Shown here piece by piece: positions 61,510 to 64,000 of a stretch of 64,000 bases of DNA; within the stretch, counting starts at the first letter, position 1, and every line of letters begins with the position of its first letter. The stretch is from Candidatus Parcubacteria bacterium. Its GTDB lineage: Bacteria > Patescibacteriota > Minisyncoccia > Phycocordibacterales > UBA2100. The position numbers and the translations under genes were made by a program. The stretch spans positions 2,859 to 66,858 of the forward strand of contig JBEEJY010000006.1 in NCBI GenBank assembly GCA_041168925.1. The letters are read 5' to 3'. Below the pieces are notes generated by a model that was not told the origin of the DNA, made no database searches, and was given only the letters and a program-made list of their open reading frames with translations.

Positions 61510-62154
61510 ATGTGGAACATTTTGGAAACGATAATCGATGTTATCTTGCCGCTGCGCGAGAGAAGCGCTCGCACAAAAAAGCGTTCGCTCGAAGACATCC
61601 CGCTGCAACCTGTCACTCACGAACTCCTTGGCGCGCGAATCACGACTCTGATGGATTACCGCGATCCCGCCGTACAAGATCTCATCAGATCCTTGAAGTA
61701 CGACCGCTCCGCGCATGCGGCGCGCCTGGCGGCGGAGTTGCTTGCCGATTATCTGAAAGAAGAGATCGCGTCATCGCGCGCGTTTTCGGCCAGGGAGTTT
61801 CTCATCATGCCCGTGCCGCTGCACAAAGCGCGCGTGCGCGAGCGTGGCTACAATCAAATCGAGTTTGTCTTGCGAGCGCTCTCGATCGAATTTCGAGACG
61901 GCACGATCGCGAGGCTCGTATGCGATGCGCTCGCGCGCACGCGAAACACGCAGCCGCAGACGCGACTGCCGCGCTCGCAGAGGCTCTCGAACGTCGCCGG
62001 TGCTTTCGACGTGCCGCTCCCTTATCGCGTGGAAAAAAAGAGAATATTTCTTATTGATGACGTCACGACGACCGGTGCCACGCTCGTCAACGCTGGCAAC
62101 GCGCTGCGACGCGCGAATGCCGAAGTTGATTTGATCGCGCTTGCCCGTGCGTAG
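61510..62154 (+). CDS. comF: ComF family competence protein (PRTase fold)
   Basis: LKY, PVPLHKARVRERGYNQ, R..NVAGAF, LIDDVTTTGATL; lacks the N-terminal zinc-finger cysteines. Confidence 0.92.
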   Translation: MWNILETIIDVILPLRERSARTKKRSLEDIPLQPVTHELLGARITTLMDYRDPAVQDLIRSLKYDRSAHAARLAAELLADYLKEEIASSRAFSAREFLIMPVPLHKARVRERGYNQIEFVLRALSIEFRDGTIARLVCDALARTRNTQPQTRLPRSQRLSNVAGAFDVPLPYRVEKKRIFLIDDVTTTGATLVNAGNALRRANAEVDLIALARA

Positions 62155-62222
62155 ATTTCGGCAAGCGGCGCTTGTCCGGACAAGGCGGGGCGTGCAATGG
62201 CTGCGCGGCGATTGCGTACGAC

Positions 62223-62660
62223 TCAGGAGATTTCATCTCGCAACAATCTCCCCCGTTGAGAGCGGGCGTTTTTTGCGCTCATCCGTTTGGTCACTTCCGC
62301 GACGAGCTCTGAGGGAGTGTAATTGGCCTTGAGTAAATGCGCGTCAGCGCCGAGATCAGCGAGACGCGATTTTTCCGCGTCCTGGCCTTCGTTGGTGAGC
62401 GCAAGTTTCAAACTGCGCTTCGCCAATCGCTCGGCCTGCACCGCCTCGATAAATTCGTATCCGCTTCTGCTATCCGGCATCGTGATGTCGAAAAGTATTA
62501 CGTCGGGCGTAAAGCCGCTTCGCAGCACCTGCAGCGCGTCGTCCGTCGAATAATACGTGGAAACCTGGTATCCGCTCTTCTCGAATTTCAATCTATAGAT
62601 CGTGAGCAAAAATTTCTCATCGTCCAGCATGAGCACCGTCGGTTTTCGTTCGGCCTTCAT
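62223..62660 (-). CDS. Single-domain response regulator (CheY-like)
   Basis: MLDDE, PDVILFDITMP, LTN, LLKA. Confidence 0.9.
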   Translation of the reverse strand: MKAERKPTVLMLDDEKFLLTIYRLKFEKSGYQVSTYYSTDDALQVLRSGFTPDVILFDITMPDSRSGYEFIEAVQAERLAKRSLKLALTNEGQDAEKSRLADLGADAHLLKANYTPSELVAEVTKRMSAKNARSQRGRLLRDEIS

Positions 62661-62726
62661 AGGCTTGCCTCCATTCTATATCGCGCCGTGAAAATAAGTA
62701 GCCGATGTGGTATTTTGAGCATTCAA

Positions 62727-62814
62727 GGAGAGGTGGCAGAGCGGTCGAATGCAGCACACTGCTAATGTGTTGAGCCTCAAAAGGGCTCCGAGGGTTCGAA
62801 TCCCTCCCTCTCCG
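62727..62814 (+). tRNA. tRNA-Ser(GCT)
   Basis: GGAGAGGTGGCAGAGCGGTCGAATGCAGCACACTGCTAATGTGTTGAGCCTCAAAAGGGCTCCGAGGGTTCGAATCCCTCCCTCTCCG with long variable arm. Confidence 0.96.
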
Positions 62815-62816
62815 AA

Positions 62817-63302
62817 ATGACTCTCACCGCTCATGCAATTGTAGGCGCGGTTTTGGTGAGTCTGGTGCCGGAGCACCCGGCGCTTGGCGTGTCGGCGGCA
62901 TTCGCAAGCCATTTTTTAGTGGATGCGATACCTCATCTCGACTACAAGATATTCTCCGCTTCGGTACACCCTAATGGCGGTGCGCCGATGAAATACGATC
63001 GAGCGCTCTTGCTCGATGCAATTCGCATCTGCGCCGACGGGCTGATCGGGATGGCGCTCTCATTTGCGCTCTTCGCGACACGGGATACCTGGCTTCTGAT
63101 CATGATCGGGGCGACCGCCGGTATTCTTCCCGATTCACTGCAATTCGCCTATGCGCGTCTGCGCAAAGAGCCATTGGCGTCTCTCCAGCGATTTCACGAG
63201 TGGATGCACACGCGTCATCATTTTCGCGAACATCAGGTACTGGGCGTCGTGTCCCAAGTGATGTTCGTCGTTGCGGTAGCGGGTGTTGCGCTCTACCTTT
63301 GA
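62817..63302 (+). CDS. Membrane protein, putative metal-dependent hydrolase-like
   Basis: TAH, SHFLVDAIPH, LPD, FHEWMH conserved His/Asp in TM helices. Confidence 0.72.
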   Translation: MTLTAHAIVGAVLVSLVPEHPALGVSAAFASHFLVDAIPHLDYKIFSASVHPNGGAPMKYDRALLLDAIRICADGLIGMALSFALFATRDTWLLIMIGATAGILPDSLQFAYARLRKEPLASLQRFHEWMHTRHHFREHQVLGVVSQVMFVVAVAGVALYL

Positions 63303-63353
63303 CTCTGGCTCTGACTCTGGCGCAGGACAGTTTATCGGTTATACTATTTATCG

Positions 63354-63629
63354 ATGCATCCATTCGGCATGTGGGACGGGATGGGCTGGGGCTATATGCC
63401 ATCCGGTGTTGGGACGCTATTTCTGGCAGTCATCGCGTGGAGCATTCTTTGGAAGGGACTGGCATTATGGAGAGCGGCGAAACGCGGCGAAAAAATTTGG
63501 TTCATTGTCTTTCTCTTTGTAAATACCGCGGGCATTCTTGAAATTATTTACCTCTTCCTCATCACGGGCGCAAAACTCTCCGACTTTTCGCCATCGGGAA
63601 AAAGACACGAACACCAAGGCCAACACTAA
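63354..63629 (+). CDS. DUF5652 family membrane protein
   Basis: WSILWKGLALWRAAKRGEKIWF...NTAGILEIIYLF. Confidence 0.85.
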   Translation: MHPFGMWDGMGWGYMPSGVGTLFLAVIAWSILWKGLALWRAAKRGEKIWFIVFLFVNTAGILEIIYLFLITGAKLSDFSPSGKRHEHQGQH

Positions 63630-63961
63630 AGAATCTGGTAAATGAGCCAGGTGATGACGGAAAGCGCGAGTGCGCCGAAAAAGGCGGCGAGAAATCCGCT
63701 TACGACGAATCCGGGAACGATCGCCGACATGAGCCAGAAAAGAAGCGCGTTTAATATGAGAGAAAACAAACCGAAGGTGAGGATGGTGATCGGGAGCGTG
63801 AGGAGCGAGAGCACGGGCTTGATGACTAGCGAGAGCACCGACCACACGAGCGCGACGATGAGAATCGTTTGCCATCCCCCGGCCACCGAAACCCCCGGCA
63901 CGAGCGAGACGGTAAGATACACTGCCGCGGCGGTCCCCAGATACCGAAGAATGGTGTGCAT
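63626..63961 (-). CDS. YvlD/DUF360 family 4-TM membrane protein (holin superfamily IV)
   Basis: VIKPVLSLLTLPITILTFGLFSLILNALLF...VPGFVVSGF; no phage genes nearby. Confidence 0.88.
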   Translation of the reverse strand: MHTILRYLGTAAAVYLTVSLVPGVSVAGGWQTILIVALVWSVLSLVIKPVLSLLTLPITILTFGLFSLILNALLFWLMSAIVPGFVVSGFLAAFFGALALSVITWLIYQIL

Positions 63962-64000
63962 ATGGCCAGTGTAGCACTTCATTCCCTCCTCTTTCAAACC

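Noticed and set aside
63300-63321. TGACTCTGGC short repeat
   Set aside because: Two short copies only; not a CRISPR or meaningful array.
63626-63961. Prophage implied by the holin-family gene
   Set aside because: YvlD/DUF360 proteins are common chromosomal genes; no phage genes in the window.

Overview
A gene-dense, fairly GC-rich bacterial chromosome segment using the standard code (TGA is a stop). Gene content and style point to Patescibacteria/CPR (Parcubacteria-like); that assignment is inference. Housekeeping genes include groEL/groES, secG, rnj, mutY, nth, metK behind a SAM-I riboswitch with terminator, glmS, typA, msrB, guaB, pyrG, ftsEX, prfB, gatCA and ligA. There is also a translationally coupled murF / alpha-beta hydrolase / (PLP aminotransferase::FemAB fusion) operon, several secreted cell-surface proteins, a type IV pilus/competence locus and seven tRNA genes. 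The most striking feature is a tRNA-Thr(GGU) gene split at position 36/37 by a very compact 169-nt group I intron in which P1-P9 can be traced by eye. An AT-richer free-standing HTH + LAGLIDADG-like ORF ends 2 nt upstream of that tRNA, making a candidate split intron/endonuclease (maturase or collaborative homing) unit. Most start codons sit 5-8 nt after a -10 box with no Shine-Dalgarno (leaderless expression), and two CDSs start 1-2 nt after a tRNA 3' end. All calls come from reading the sequence; no searches were run.
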